From a virus, in the IMG/VR virus record IMGVR_UViG_3300045988_061949: a stretch of DNA of 54,627 nt; one strand, 5' to 3'. A program made the position numbers and the translations under genes. Under the pieces are notes generated by a model. That model was not told where the DNA came from. It saw nothing but the letters and a program-made list of their open reading frames with translations, and searched no databases. Below are positions 1 through 8,515 of this stretch, in pieces. Numbering within the stretch: the stretch's first letter is position 1; every line of letters begins with the position of its first letter.

Positions 1-89
1 AAATAAAAATATAGAAGATATTATAGATAAGAAAAATTCTAAAAAGAAATCTAAAATTGATATTAAAATCGAATCTATAGAAAAAAAAT
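1..89. repeat. Terminal direct repeat, identical to 54539-54627. This is either circular closure or terminal redundancy.
   Basis: Base-by-base comparison of the first 89 nt with the last 89 nt shows no mismatch. Confidence 0.95.
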
Positions 90-421
90 GCTTAGAATAT
101 GATTTAACTGATGAAGTTATAGAACTTTTAAGTAGATTTTTTAGAAATCTTGTAGAGAACCATAAAATGGTTACAGATGATAAAGTAAATGCTATTTTAA
201 CAAGATTAGCAAAAGTAAGTACAAAAACTCAAATAAATGCTATTCAGTTATCTCTTGATAACGGGTATATGAATATAGACCCAGATTGGTTAAAGATGAA
301 GTCGAACCCATTAAACCGATTACCTCAGGAGCTAATATTAAATGGCACAACAACAGATGAGGGTAGAGAAAATTATCGTAACTTAATAAAAAATAATGAC
401 CCGAGTATAAAGCATTTTTAG
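2..421 (+). CDS. C-terminal part of the replication initiator / replisome-organizer protein. It continues the ORF that starts at 54141.
   Basis: Frame 2 is open from base 2. It is in phase with the 54141 ORF once the 89-bp overlap is removed (819 nt, 272 aa in total). The C-terminal region looks DnaD-like. Confidence 0.75.
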   Translation, partial: NKNIEDIIDKKNSKKKSKIDIKIESIEKKCLEYDLTDEVIELLSRFFRNLVENHKMVTDDKVNAILTRLAKVSTKTQINAIQLSLDNGYMNIDPDWLKMKSNPLNRLPQELILNGTTTDEGRENYRNLIKNNDPSIKHF

Positions 422-433
422 GAGGAAGCATAG

Positions 434-619
434 ATGTCAAGAATTGGACTAGGATATAATCTAACACAACCGGATAAAAGATGTCTTAATTGTAAATATT
501 GGGAATCTGCAAGAAATTATGGATTTTTAAAGGGTTTAGTAGAAAATGGACATTGTAAGCCTGGTTATTGTAAGAAAGATTTCAATCAAACACATAATAA
601 TAAAAACAAAAGGAGATGA
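434..619 (+). CDS. Small Cys-rich hypothetical protein
   Basis: GGAGG lies 7 nt upstream of the ATG. The 61-aa ORF contains CLNC...C...C. Confidence 0.6.
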   Translation: MSRIGLGYNLTQPDKRCLNCKYWESARNYGFLKGLVENGHCKPGYCKKDFNQTHNNKNKRR

Positions 620-623
620 TTAT

Positions 624-959
624 ATGTATGTAATATCAAAATCAGATACAAGTATAGCTTATATGAAAGATTGTGTACTTCATAGCTTGCCGCATGAACC
701 TATTGGCATACACCAGAAAGATATATCCAATAACACTGGGTTCAATACAAGAGATGTAAGACATATTATTCAGAAGCTCAGAGATGATGGATATGCAATA
801 TGTGGTACACCTAATGATGGATATTGGATAGCACAAACCAGTTTTGAGCTAAACGATACAATATCTAAAATGAGGTCTCATATAGAACAAAGTACGGATA
901 CATTGGATGCACTCATGGAGACACAAAAAAGATTACAGATAAAAGAGGGGTTGAGATGA
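624..959 (+). CDS. Putative winged-helix DNA-binding protein
   Basis: Internal ATG at 624 with AGGAGA 7 nt upstream. The segment DVRHIIQKLRDDGYAICGTPNDGYWIA is wHTH-like. Confidence 0.55.
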   Translation: MYVISKSDTSIAYMKDCVLHSLPHEPIGIHQKDISNNTGFNTRDVRHIIQKLRDDGYAICGTPNDGYWIAQTSFELNDTISKMRSHIEQSTDTLDALMETQKRLQIKEGLR

Positions 960-1621
960 ACATACAAGATTGTTGGTATCAACGAAAATGCACTAATAAA
1001 TGCAGTGAAAATTGCTTAAGGTATAAATTAATGTATGCACTATTTAGACAGTCCCAATTGCCAGAATCTTTATGGAAATACAAAGATTTAACTGCTTGTG
1101 ATAATGGTGATGTCCAGTCATTTATGCAACTTAAAGACATTAGTGATAATATATTAGATTTTATCAACAATGGAGATAATCTATATATTTATTCTTGTAA
1201 CTGTGGTAATGGAAAGACAAGCTGGGCAATTAGATTAATGTATTCTTATTTTGATAACATATGGCATAAATCTTGTTTAGATTGCAAAGCATTATTCATA
1301 AGTGTACCTAAGTTTTTATATAATTGTAAAAGGTCAATATCACAAGATGTAAAAGGCTTTGAGGACTTATGCAATCTTATTAGTGAAGTTGATTTGGTAA
1401 TTTGGGATGATATAGGAGAACTTGCAGTGTCAGGTTATGAGCATCAGATTCTATTTCAGTACATTGATGATAGAATTAATGCAGGAAAAAGCAACATATA
1501 CACAAGCAATAAAGATAAAGAACAGCTCGAAAACGTGTTAGGTGATAGATTAGCTAGTAGAATATATAATTGCTCCATCCCTATCAAATTTATTGAGGAA
1601 GATAAAAGAGGTGTACATTAA
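956..1621 (+). CDS. DnaC/IstB-like AAA+ helicase loader
   Basis: Walker A GNGKTSW and Walker B LVIWDDIGE. It lies immediately upstream of the DnaB-like gene with an overlapping stop/start. Confidence 0.75.
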   Translation: MNIQDCWYQRKCTNKCSENCLRYKLMYALFRQSQLPESLWKYKDLTACDNGDVQSFMQLKDISDNILDFINNGDNLYIYSCNCGNGKTSWAIRLMYSYFDNIWHKSCLDCKALFISVPKFLYNCKRSISQDVKGFEDLCNLISEVDLVIWDDIGELAVSGYEHQILFQYIDDRINAGKSNIYTSNKDKEQLENVLGDRLASRIYNCSIPIKFIEEDKRGVH

Positions 1622-2892
1622 TGGTAGAATTGCAAATAATAAATAAAGTGCTTAAAGACAAAGATACATCTCTTTTAGATTTGAACGATATAACAAGAGA
1701 TTATTTCAATCAGTATCAGGAAGAATATGACTACATAATGGAACACAAGCAAGAATATGGAAATGTTCCAGACCTAGAAACATTCATAGCAAAGTTTCAG
1801 GATTTTGATGTAGTCAATGTATCTGAATCAACTGAATATCTTGTTAATACATTTCGTGAAGAGTACTTGTATTCTCAGTCAGTTCCAGTGCTTACAAAGA
1901 TGGCAGAACTATTACAGACAAATGCTTATGAAGCTGTAGATTATCTGAAAGCAAAAATACCTGAATTGAAGATTGCTGGTGCAGTAAAAGGTACTGATAT
2001 TATATCACAAGCAAAAGAAAGACTTGAAGAATGGAAAGAAACAAAAGACAATCAAGATACTCACTTTATAGCGAGCGGATTTGAAGAGATAGACAATGAC
2101 TTAGGTGGATGGCATAAAGGTGAGGAACTTGTAGTTTTATTTGCAAGAACTGGTCAAGGAAAATCTTGGGTGCTTATAAAAATGTTAGAACACGCATGGA
2201 AAGTATACCATGCAAAAGTAGGACTCCTAGAACCCGAAATGTCAGCGAATAAAACAGGATATAGATTTGACACTGTGCATCAACATATATCCTCCAAGGC
2301 TTTATATAAAGGCGAAGATGTACAAGGCTATGAGAAATATATAAACAAGTTGGCTGATGATGGAACACCATTCTATGTTGCTCATCCACGAGATTTTCAA
2401 AAGAAAGTAACAGTATCAAAGTTAAAAAGTTGGTGTGAAAGTAACAAGTTAGATATACTTGCTATAGATGGTATATCTTATTTGCAAGATGAACGAGGAA
2501 AAAGAGGAGATAATAAGACCACACAATTAACGAACATATCTGAAGATTTAATGCAGTTAAGTATTGACTTAAAAATACCAGTTTTAGTTGTTGTGCAATC
2601 AAACAGAGAAGGAACAATAAATGAAGATTTACAACTTGAAAATATAAGAGATTCAGATGGAATAGCTTATAATGCTTCAATTGTTCTTTCAATTCAACAA
2701 AAAGAAGAGGGTTTGCAGATACAGAATGTAAAGGCAAGAAATTCAAAAGTAGGAATTAAATGGGTGTATGCTTGGGATACAGATAGAGGTACTTTTGATT
2801 ATATTCCTAATCCTGAAAAAGGAAAAGAAGATGAAGAAAAAAGTGAAGATTTAAGACGTAGATATCATGATAAAGAGGAAGATGAATATTGA
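1621..2892 (+). CDS. dnaB: Replicative DNA helicase, DnaB family
   Basis: Walker A ARTGQGKSW, Walker B LAIDGISYL, and VVVQSNREG. Confidence 0.85.
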   Translation: MVELQIINKVLKDKDTSLLDLNDITRDYFNQYQEEYDYIMEHKQEYGNVPDLETFIAKFQDFDVVNVSESTEYLVNTFREEYLYSQSVPVLTKMAELLQTNAYEAVDYLKAKIPELKIAGAVKGTDIISQAKERLEEWKETKDNQDTHFIASGFEEIDNDLGGWHKGEELVVLFARTGQGKSWVLIKMLEHAWKVYHAKVGLLEPEMSANKTGYRFDTVHQHISSKALYKGEDVQGYEKYINKLADDGTPFYVAHPRDFQKKVTVSKLKSWCESNKLDILAIDGISYLQDERGKRGDNKTTQLTNISEDLMQLSIDLKIPVLVVVQSNREGTINEDLQLENIRDSDGIAYNASIVLSIQQKEEGLQIQNVKARNSKVGIKWVYAWDTDRGTFDYIPNPEKGKEDEEKSEDLRRRYHDKEEDEY

Positions 2893-3080
2893 TGTTGTGC
2901 TATGATGAAGAATTATACAAAGAAGCAATAAATCAGCTAGACAATTTTTGTCTTGATATTTTAGATGATTTGAGTGATTTTGCAATCAAAAATGATTATG
3001 ATAGAGAATGGGTTTTTGATAAGTTTAAAGAGAGACTTTTTAAATTTAAGTCAGCTTATATAAGAGGTGATATGGATTGA
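2889..3080 (+). CDS. Hypothetical protein
   Basis: 63-aa ORF with start overlapping the dnaB stop. Confidence 0.5.
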   Translation: MMLCYDEELYKEAINQLDNFCLDILDDLSDFAIKNDYDREWVFDKFKERLFKFKSAYIRGDMD

Positions 3081-3132
3081 TAAAATTACAAGATTCCTTT
3101 GACAAAGAAAAAGAAAGTGAGGAAATATTAAA

Positions 3133-3429
3133 ATGGTATTTGTAATTGATAACTTAAAATATAATACAGATAAGATGGAATTGATTTCAGAAAAATGTGA
3201 ATATACTTACACATGGACATTTGTATTAACAGATACTCAAATGTCAGGTATGGCTCATAATGTTAAAATTTGGAGAAGTAAGAAAGGTAATTGGCTAGTA
3301 ACTTATACCAAACAAGGTTATTCTAATAATTTTGCAAATACTCTGACTGAGATTGAAGTTAAATCTCTCTTATTAAGATATGATTTGTCAAAGTATGAAG
3401 AATTATTTGGAGAGCTTGAGGAGGCATAA
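3133..3429 (+). CDS. Hypothetical protein
   Basis: 98-aa ORF with GAGGAAA upstream of the ATG. Confidence 0.6.
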   Translation: MVFVIDNLKYNTDKMELISEKCEYTYTWTFVLTDTQMSGMAHNVKIWRSKKGNWLVTYTKQGYSNNFANTLTEIEVKSLLLRYDLSKYEELFGELEEA

Positions 3430-3432
3430 ATC

Positions 3433-4419
3433 TTGATAAAACTACAAGATACAATTATCCAATCTGATACTCAATCAATATTAGATATGCTTAAATTTGA
3501 CCTAGCCCAACATGGAGTTGATAGATTTCATATTTTCAGAAACAATGGTGAAAATGTGCAAACGAATTGTCCTTTCCACAAGAATGGACAAGAGCGAAAA
3601 CCATCTTTTGGTGTAAATGGTGAGATTGATAAATGTCATTGTTTCTCATGTGGCTGGAGCGGTACAATAGAAGAAATGATATCTGAATTATATGGATATC
3701 AAGATGGAGGTAAATTTGGAAAAAGATGGCTAATAAAAAGATTTAATACAGTAGAAATTGAAACAAGACCAAATATAATGGAGGGATTTAATGACAGAAC
3801 GAGTGATATTTATAATCGTAATAGGTGCAATAATATATGCGATAGTGAATATAATAAGGATTGTGATAGATATATTGGAGAACTGGAACTAGATAAGTAT
3901 AGATATATTCATCCTTATATGTATGAAAGAGGATTGACAGATGAAATTATAGAAAGGTTTGATATAGGATATGACAGAGAGCGAAAAGAAATTACATTCC
4001 CAGTTAGAGACACTGAAGGAAGATGTGTTTTTGTTGCTGGAAGAAGTGTCGAGCGAAAGTTCTTCCGACTTCCCAAAGGTCTCGATAAGCCTATCTATTG
4101 CGCAGATAAATTTAGAGGTGGAGCGTATAGAACGGCTTATATCACTGAGTCATTCTTGAATTGTTTAACTTGCTGGAAATATGATAAACCCGCTATGGCT
4201 ATGGCAGGCACCGGAAATAAAAAGCAGTATGAAATATTGAATAAGTTACCAGTGCGGGAATATATTCTTGCATTTGACCCAGACGAAGCAGGAAGAAAAG
4301 CAACAGAAAGATTTAGAAAGAATGTACACGGAAAAATTATAAAAGAACTTGTATATCCAGATAATCGTGATATAAATGATTTGCAAGAAGAATTTTTAAA
4401 TTGCAAAATTATTTTTTAA
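3433..4419 (+). CDS. dnaG: DNA primase (CHC2 zinc finger plus Toprim)
   Basis: CPFHKNGQERKPSF...CHCFSCGWSG zinc finger. Toprim motifs ITESFLN and AFDPDEAGRKA. TTG start. Confidence 0.85.
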   Translation: MIKLQDTIIQSDTQSILDMLKFDLAQHGVDRFHIFRNNGENVQTNCPFHKNGQERKPSFGVNGEIDKCHCFSCGWSGTIEEMISELYGYQDGGKFGKRWLIKRFNTVEIETRPNIMEGFNDRTSDIYNRNRCNNICDSEYNKDCDRYIGELELDKYRYIHPYMYERGLTDEIIERFDIGYDRERKEITFPVRDTEGRCVFVAGRSVERKFFRLPKGLDKPIYCADKFRGGAYRTAYITESFLNCLTCWKYDKPAMAMAGTGNKKQYEILNKLPVREYILAFDPDEAGRKATERFRKNVHGKIIKELVYPDNRDINDLQEEFLNCKIIF

Positions 4420-4426
4420 AAAAGTG

Positions 4427-4482
4427 TTGACAAATCTACTTTTATGTATTACAATATACTTGTAAATAAGAAATACATAAAA
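4427..4482 (+). promoter_or_regulatory. Conserved promoter, copy 1: TTGACA (4427-4432), 17-nt spacer, TACAAT (4450-4455). An 11-bp inverted repeat (TTTTATGTATT / AAATACATAAAA) straddles the -10.
   Basis: Hexamers and spacer counted directly. The same element occurs at six other sites. Confidence 0.8.
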
Positions 4483-4510
4483 ACAAAATACATAGAAAGA
4501 GGTAATTAAT

Positions 4511-4765
4511 ATGAAATTTGAAGTTAAAACAACATTAATGGATGGAACAGTTAAATCATTTATTACAAAAGAGTATGACAGTTATAATCCAGATAAGAAG
4601 AAAGTTAATGGATTGTATCAAATAGGATTTGTCAAAGAAGGAAAGAGTAGAAATACATGGATACCTATTGGGGCAGGTGATGAATATGACCATAATGTTA
4701 AAGAAGTTGTTATAACAGAAGCTACAACAGGTAGAAGAATTGAAACAATTACTGCAACACATTAA
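4511..4765 (+). CDS. Hypothetical protein
   Basis: 84-aa ORF with AGAGG RBS. It is the first gene after promoter copy 1. Confidence 0.7.
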   Translation: MKFEVKTTLMDGTVKSFITKEYDSYNPDKKKVNGLYQIGFVKEGKSRNTWIPIGAGDEYDHNVKEVVITEATTGRRIETITATH

Positions 4766-4805
4766 ATAAAAAGTGAAGCGATAACACATAAAACACTAAT
4801 ATATG

Positions 4806-4910
4806 TGAGTGATATGCAAGAGGTTAAAGCAGGCAAAACAAAGAGAACTGGTGAATGAATAACAGCTGTGAACATTCAATACTTCGTGGGTTCGATTCCC
4901 ACTCACTCAC
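4806..4910 (+). tRNA. Atypical tRNA-like element of about 105 nt. Anticodon not assignable by eye.
   Basis: 7-bp acceptor pairing TGAGTGA/TCACTCA. D-arm-like TGC-AAGAGGTTAAA-GCA. Canonical T-arm GTGGG-TTCGATT-CCCAC. However, 53 nt sit where about 22 nt are expected. Confidence 0.35.
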
Positions 4911-4913
4911 CTA

Positions 4914-4980
4914 AAGGAATGTAGAGTATACCAAGAGTTGAAACTGTATGTAAGCTATATACTCATAGATTACATTCCTT
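4914..4980 (+). ncRNA. Long imperfect hairpin between the two tRNA-type elements
   Basis: AAGGAATGTA pairs with TACATTCCTT, and GAGTATA pairs with TATACTC. There is no T-loop and no U-tract. Confidence 0.3.
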
Positions 4981-4982
4981 AT

Positions 4983-5054
4983 AACTCTTTCGCCAAGCGG
5001 TAAGGCACGAGAGTTTGATTCTCGCATTCGTTGGTTCGAATCCAACAAGGGCTG
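4983..5054 (+). tRNA. tRNA-Gln (anticodon UUG)
   Basis: It aligns arm by arm with the bacterial tRNA-Gln layout: TCGCCAAGCGGTAAGGCA D-arm, CGAGA-GTTTGAT-TCTCG anticodon arm, CATTC variable loop, GTTGG-TTCGAAT-CCAAC T-arm. The acceptor stem has one A-C mismatch. No CCA is encoded. Confidence 0.75.
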
Positions 5055-5252
5055 TTATATCCTGGCAGACAAAAGTTGTAAAAAAGCACCGGATATATTA
5101 AATGCGTTGATTGGGATAAGACGGAAATAAAGCTGGGAATACTGTCAAAATGGAATATAAGTGGTTGTGTTTATGGGCTTATACTGAATGTTCTGGAGGT
5201 TGTTCATTCAAAAACTAAAACAACTAACACCAATAAGAAAGGAAGAAGAAGT

Positions 5253-5939
5253 ATGGGAAGAATTAATTATGATGAAGTAGACAAATATGGAAACAATTCA
5301 GACACTGAGTTTCTAAAGCTGGAAAATGATGGAGATTGTGCAACAGTGCAGTTACTTGTACATGATATGGATGATGTTGATATATTCAATTGCCATGAGG
5401 TTGAGGTTGGAAAGTATGATAATGGAAATCCAAAAACCAGACCAGTATCATGTTTAAGAAACTATGATGACCCATTAGATGTATGTCCATTCTGTCAAGC
5501 AGGACTTAAAACAAAAGTAATCATGATGTTATCAATGGTTGACCAGGAGGATGGCAAGATTAAGATTTGGAATCGTGGAAAGACATCTATTCCAAAGATT
5601 AAGAATTTTATAAACCGCTGGGGAGACATGACAGAACGACCAGTAGACATTATAAGAAATGGTAAAAAAGGAGACATGAAAACAACTTATGATATACAGT
5701 TATCACCAGAAGAGCCTATTGATGTATCACAGTATGAGAAGCCAGAATTTTTAGGTGGTTATATCATGGACAAGACACCTGATGAAATGCAGGAGTATCT
5801 TGATACAGGTTCATTTCCTGATACAGATAATGCAGACACTAATCAGGAAGATAATACACAAGTAAGACGTAGAAACACTGAACCACTTCCATCAAGAAGA
5901 GGAGCAAGTAGAGCAACAAGCAGAAGGGCAGGTATGTAA
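5253..5939 (+). CDS. Putative ssDNA-binding protein (gp32-like His/Cys3 zinc arrangement)
   Basis: The spacing of H...C...CPFC resembles the T4 gp32 zinc site. It sits between the primase and the polymerase and has an Arg-rich C-terminus. Confidence 0.4.
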   Translation: MGRINYDEVDKYGNNSDTEFLKLENDGDCATVQLLVHDMDDVDIFNCHEVEVGKYDNGNPKTRPVSCLRNYDDPLDVCPFCQAGLKTKVIMMLSMVDQEDGKIKIWNRGKTSIPKIKNFINRWGDMTERPVDIIRNGKKGDMKTTYDIQLSPEEPIDVSQYEKPEFLGGYIMDKTPDEMQEYLDTGSFPDTDNADTNQEDNTQVRRRNTEPLPSRRGASRATSRRAGM

Positions 5940-5940
5940 T

Positions 5941-6243
5941 ATGAAAAAATTATTTATTAGTCAGCCAATGTTCGGCAAGACAGATGAGGAAATTAAGTCA
6001 GAGAGAAATGAAATTCTACAAAGAGTAAAAGAGAGATATTCAAATGAAGAAATAGAAATCATTGATTCTTTTTTTGAAAATGCACCATATGCCGCAACAC
6101 CATTGTGGTTTTTAGGTAAATCATTAGAATTACTTTCAACCGCTGATATTGTATACTTTGCAAATGGTTGGGAAGAATATAGAGAATGTAGCATTGAGCA
6201 TAAATGTGCAAGGGAATATGGAATCAATATTATTCACGATTAG
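5941..6243 (+). CDS. Nucleoside 2-deoxyribosyltransferase-like (DUF4406-like) small protein
   Basis: LFISQPMFG near the N-terminus and ADIVYFANGWEEYRECSIEHKCAREYG near the C-terminus fit my recollection of that family. Confidence 0.4.
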   Translation: MKKLFISQPMFGKTDEEIKSERNEILQRVKERYSNEEIEIIDSFFENAPYAATPLWFLGKSLELLSTADIVYFANGWEEYRECSIEHKCAREYGINIIHD

Positions 6244-6252
6244 GAGGATTAT

Positions 6253-8511
6253 ATGGCATTATCATTTGCAAGACCAAAAAGCAATGATAAGAATATAATC
6301 AAGAAATCTAAAACAGTAACAAATAGAACAAGTATTAGGAGCGGCGGAAATAATCTTGCCGCTCAAGTACAATCTATAGTTGCCGTTGCTAATCAGAAAT
6401 TAGCAATTCATAAAGATGATTATATTCTTATCAGAGAACCTGACCAACTATATGAATACATGAAAGAAATGAAGCAAGTTGGAGAAGGCGCATTAGATAC
6501 AGAGACAACAGGATTAAATCCATTACTTGTAAATATAGTTGGTGGATGTATTTATACTCCCGGACAGAAAGCGGCATATATTCCTATTAATCATAAATCA
6601 TATATAACAGGTGTGAGAACTAAAGACCAGTTAGATGAACAGACAGTTTCAAAGATTATGAAAGAATTTCATAATGATATTAGATGGGTTTTTCATAATG
6701 CAAAATATGATATCCGAGTATGTAGAAAGACACTTGGAATAGATTTCAAACCTTATTGGGATACAATGTTAGCGGCATACTGTATAGATGAAGAGGAAAG
6801 TCACAGATTGAAAGACTTACATCTTAAATATTGTGATAGCAAAGATACAGAATCATTGACCTTTGATTCTTTGTTTAATGGTGTTATTTTCGACAATATT
6901 CCAATATCAACTGCATATTTATATGCCGCAGGTGACCCTATAAAGACATATGAATTGTATGAGTATCAAAAAACCTTATTAAACAGACGAGTATTAGCTG
7001 GCCCATATAATGTATTCAAGAATATAGAAATGCCTTTGATTTCTGTTGTAGCAGATATGGAAGATAGAGGGGTTTGTTTGGATTTTGATGTTTGTAAAAA
7101 TCTACATGAAAAATATCACGCTATTAGAGAAGAAAGACAAAAACAGGCGGATGAAGCAATAGCAATGTATAAGGATGAAATTGATAATTATAAGATGAAA
7201 AATCCGAATAATAAGTTATCTGACCCTATATCATTATCAAGTCCTACACAGTTGGCTATATTATTCTATGATATTTTAGGATTAGAAAGTCCTGACAAGA
7301 AAGCACCACGAGGAACAGGAGAGGAAATTTTAAAGCATTTTTCAAAAGGTAAAGAAAAGAATCTCTGTGAAGCAATACTTGGAATGAGAAATGTTGAAAA
7401 ATTGTTAGGAACATATATTGATAAAATGCCAGAAATAGCATTAAAAGATGGACGAGTACATGCAAGTTATAATCAGTATGGAGCAAAGACTGGTAGATTC
7501 AGTTCACAAGACCCTAATTTACAGAATATTCCTTCGCACAACAAAGACATTAGACAGATGTTCAAAGCACAAGACGGATATGTTTTAATTGGTGGAGATT
7601 ACAGTCAACAGGAGCCAATGGTTACAGCACATCTTTCTAAAGATAGAAAAATGAAGGAAGCCTTTATGAATGGTAAAGATATATATGCTACAATAGCTTC
7701 ATTAGCTTTCCATAAACCTTATGAAGAATGTAAAGAGTTTAGGAAAGATGGAACAGTCAATCCAGAAGGAAAAGAAAGAAGAACACAAGCTAAAAGTATT
7801 GTATTAGGTATTCTATATGGAAGACAGATTCCTTCTATAGGTGGACAGTTGGGAGTATCTACAAAAGAAGCACAAGGTATATATGATGCTGTTCTTAAAG
7901 CCTTTCCTGAATTGGCACAGTTTATTAAAGATTCACAGAATATGGCAAGAACTGAAGGTTATGTAACTACTGCATGGGGTAGAAGAAGACATTTACATGA
8001 TATGCAGTTAGAGCGATATGAATTTTCATATAATGGAAAAGTAACTAATTTTGACCCATTAGCATTTGGAAGTGAAGTTTCCACGGAAGTTCCTAAGAAA
8101 GTAAAAGACAGTTATATCAAACAACTTGATAAGGTGTTTGGGTGGAAAAAGAAAAATGATATAATTCAAAAAGCATTATCTGAAGGAATTAAAATTAAAG
8201 ATAATGGTGGATTCATATCACAGGCAGAAAGACAATGTGTAAATGCAAGAGTTCAAGGTTCTGCGGCAGATATGGCAAAATTAGCAATGATTTCAATTAA
8301 TAATGATAAAATAATGAAAGAATTAGATTTTCATTTACTTATCTGTGTGCATGATGAAGTAATAGGAGAATGTCCAAAAGAAAACGCTAAAGAAGTTAAA
8401 GAAAGATTATCCTACCTTATGAGAGCAGCTCCATCACACTTAATAGAATTACCTTTCAAATGTGATTGTGAAGTCTCTTATAATTGGTATGGAGAAAGTG
8501 TGGAGGTATAA
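6253..8511 (+). CDS. polA: Family A DNA polymerase with a 3'-5' exonuclease domain
   Basis: Exonuclease motifs LDTETTGL and HNAKYD. Polymerase motif A DYSQQEP, motif B RRTQAKSIVLGILYG, motif C VHDEV. Confidence 0.9.
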   Translation: MALSFARPKSNDKNIIKKSKTVTNRTSIRSGGNNLAAQVQSIVAVANQKLAIHKDDYILIREPDQLYEYMKEMKQVGEGALDTETTGLNPLLVNIVGGCIYTPGQKAAYIPINHKSYITGVRTKDQLDEQTVSKIMKEFHNDIRWVFHNAKYDIRVCRKTLGIDFKPYWDTMLAAYCIDEEESHRLKDLHLKYCDSKDTESLTFDSLFNGVIFDNIPISTAYLYAAGDPIKTYELYEYQKTLLNRRVLAGPYNVFKNIEMPLISVVADMEDRGVCLDFDVCKNLHEKYHAIREERQKQADEAIAMYKDEIDNYKMKNPNNKLSDPISLSSPTQLAILFYDILGLESPDKKAPRGTGEEILKHFSKGKEKNLCEAILGMRNVEKLLGTYIDKMPEIALKDGRVHASYNQYGAKTGRFSSQDPNLQNIPSHNKDIRQMFKAQDGYVLIGGDYSQQEPMVTAHLSKDRKMKEAFMNGKDIYATIASLAFHKPYEECKEFRKDGTVNPEGKERRTQAKSIVLGILYGRQIPSIGGQLGVSTKEAQGIYDAVLKAFPELAQFIKDSQNMARTEGYVTTAWGRRRHLHDMQLERYEFSYNGKVTNFDPLAFGSEVSTEVPKKVKDSYIKQLDKVFGWKKKNDIIQKALSEGIKIKDNGGFISQAERQCVNARVQGSAADMAKLAMISINNDKIMKELDFHLLICVHDEVIGECPKENAKEVKERLSYLMRAAPSHLIELPFKCDCEVSYNWYGESVEV

Positions 8512-8515
8512 AATA

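Noticed and set aside
3971-4159. Plus-strand alternative-frame ORFs inside the primase gene (3971-4159) and across the scaffold/capsid genes (33859-34197)
   Set aside because: They are embedded in another frame of genes that carry clear motifs. They have no RBS and no independent support.
4914-4980. A third tRNA between the two tRNA-type elements
   Set aside because: Only 49 nt lie between the putative acceptor strands. There is no T-loop (GTTCRANY) and no cloverleaf. It is reported only as a hairpin.
4806-5054. Stop-codon reassignment with a suppressor tRNA, as in some gut phages
   Set aside because: Long genes (tape measure, polA, SNF2, portal) are uninterrupted under the standard code. 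The clear tRNA reads CAA (Gln), not a stop codon.
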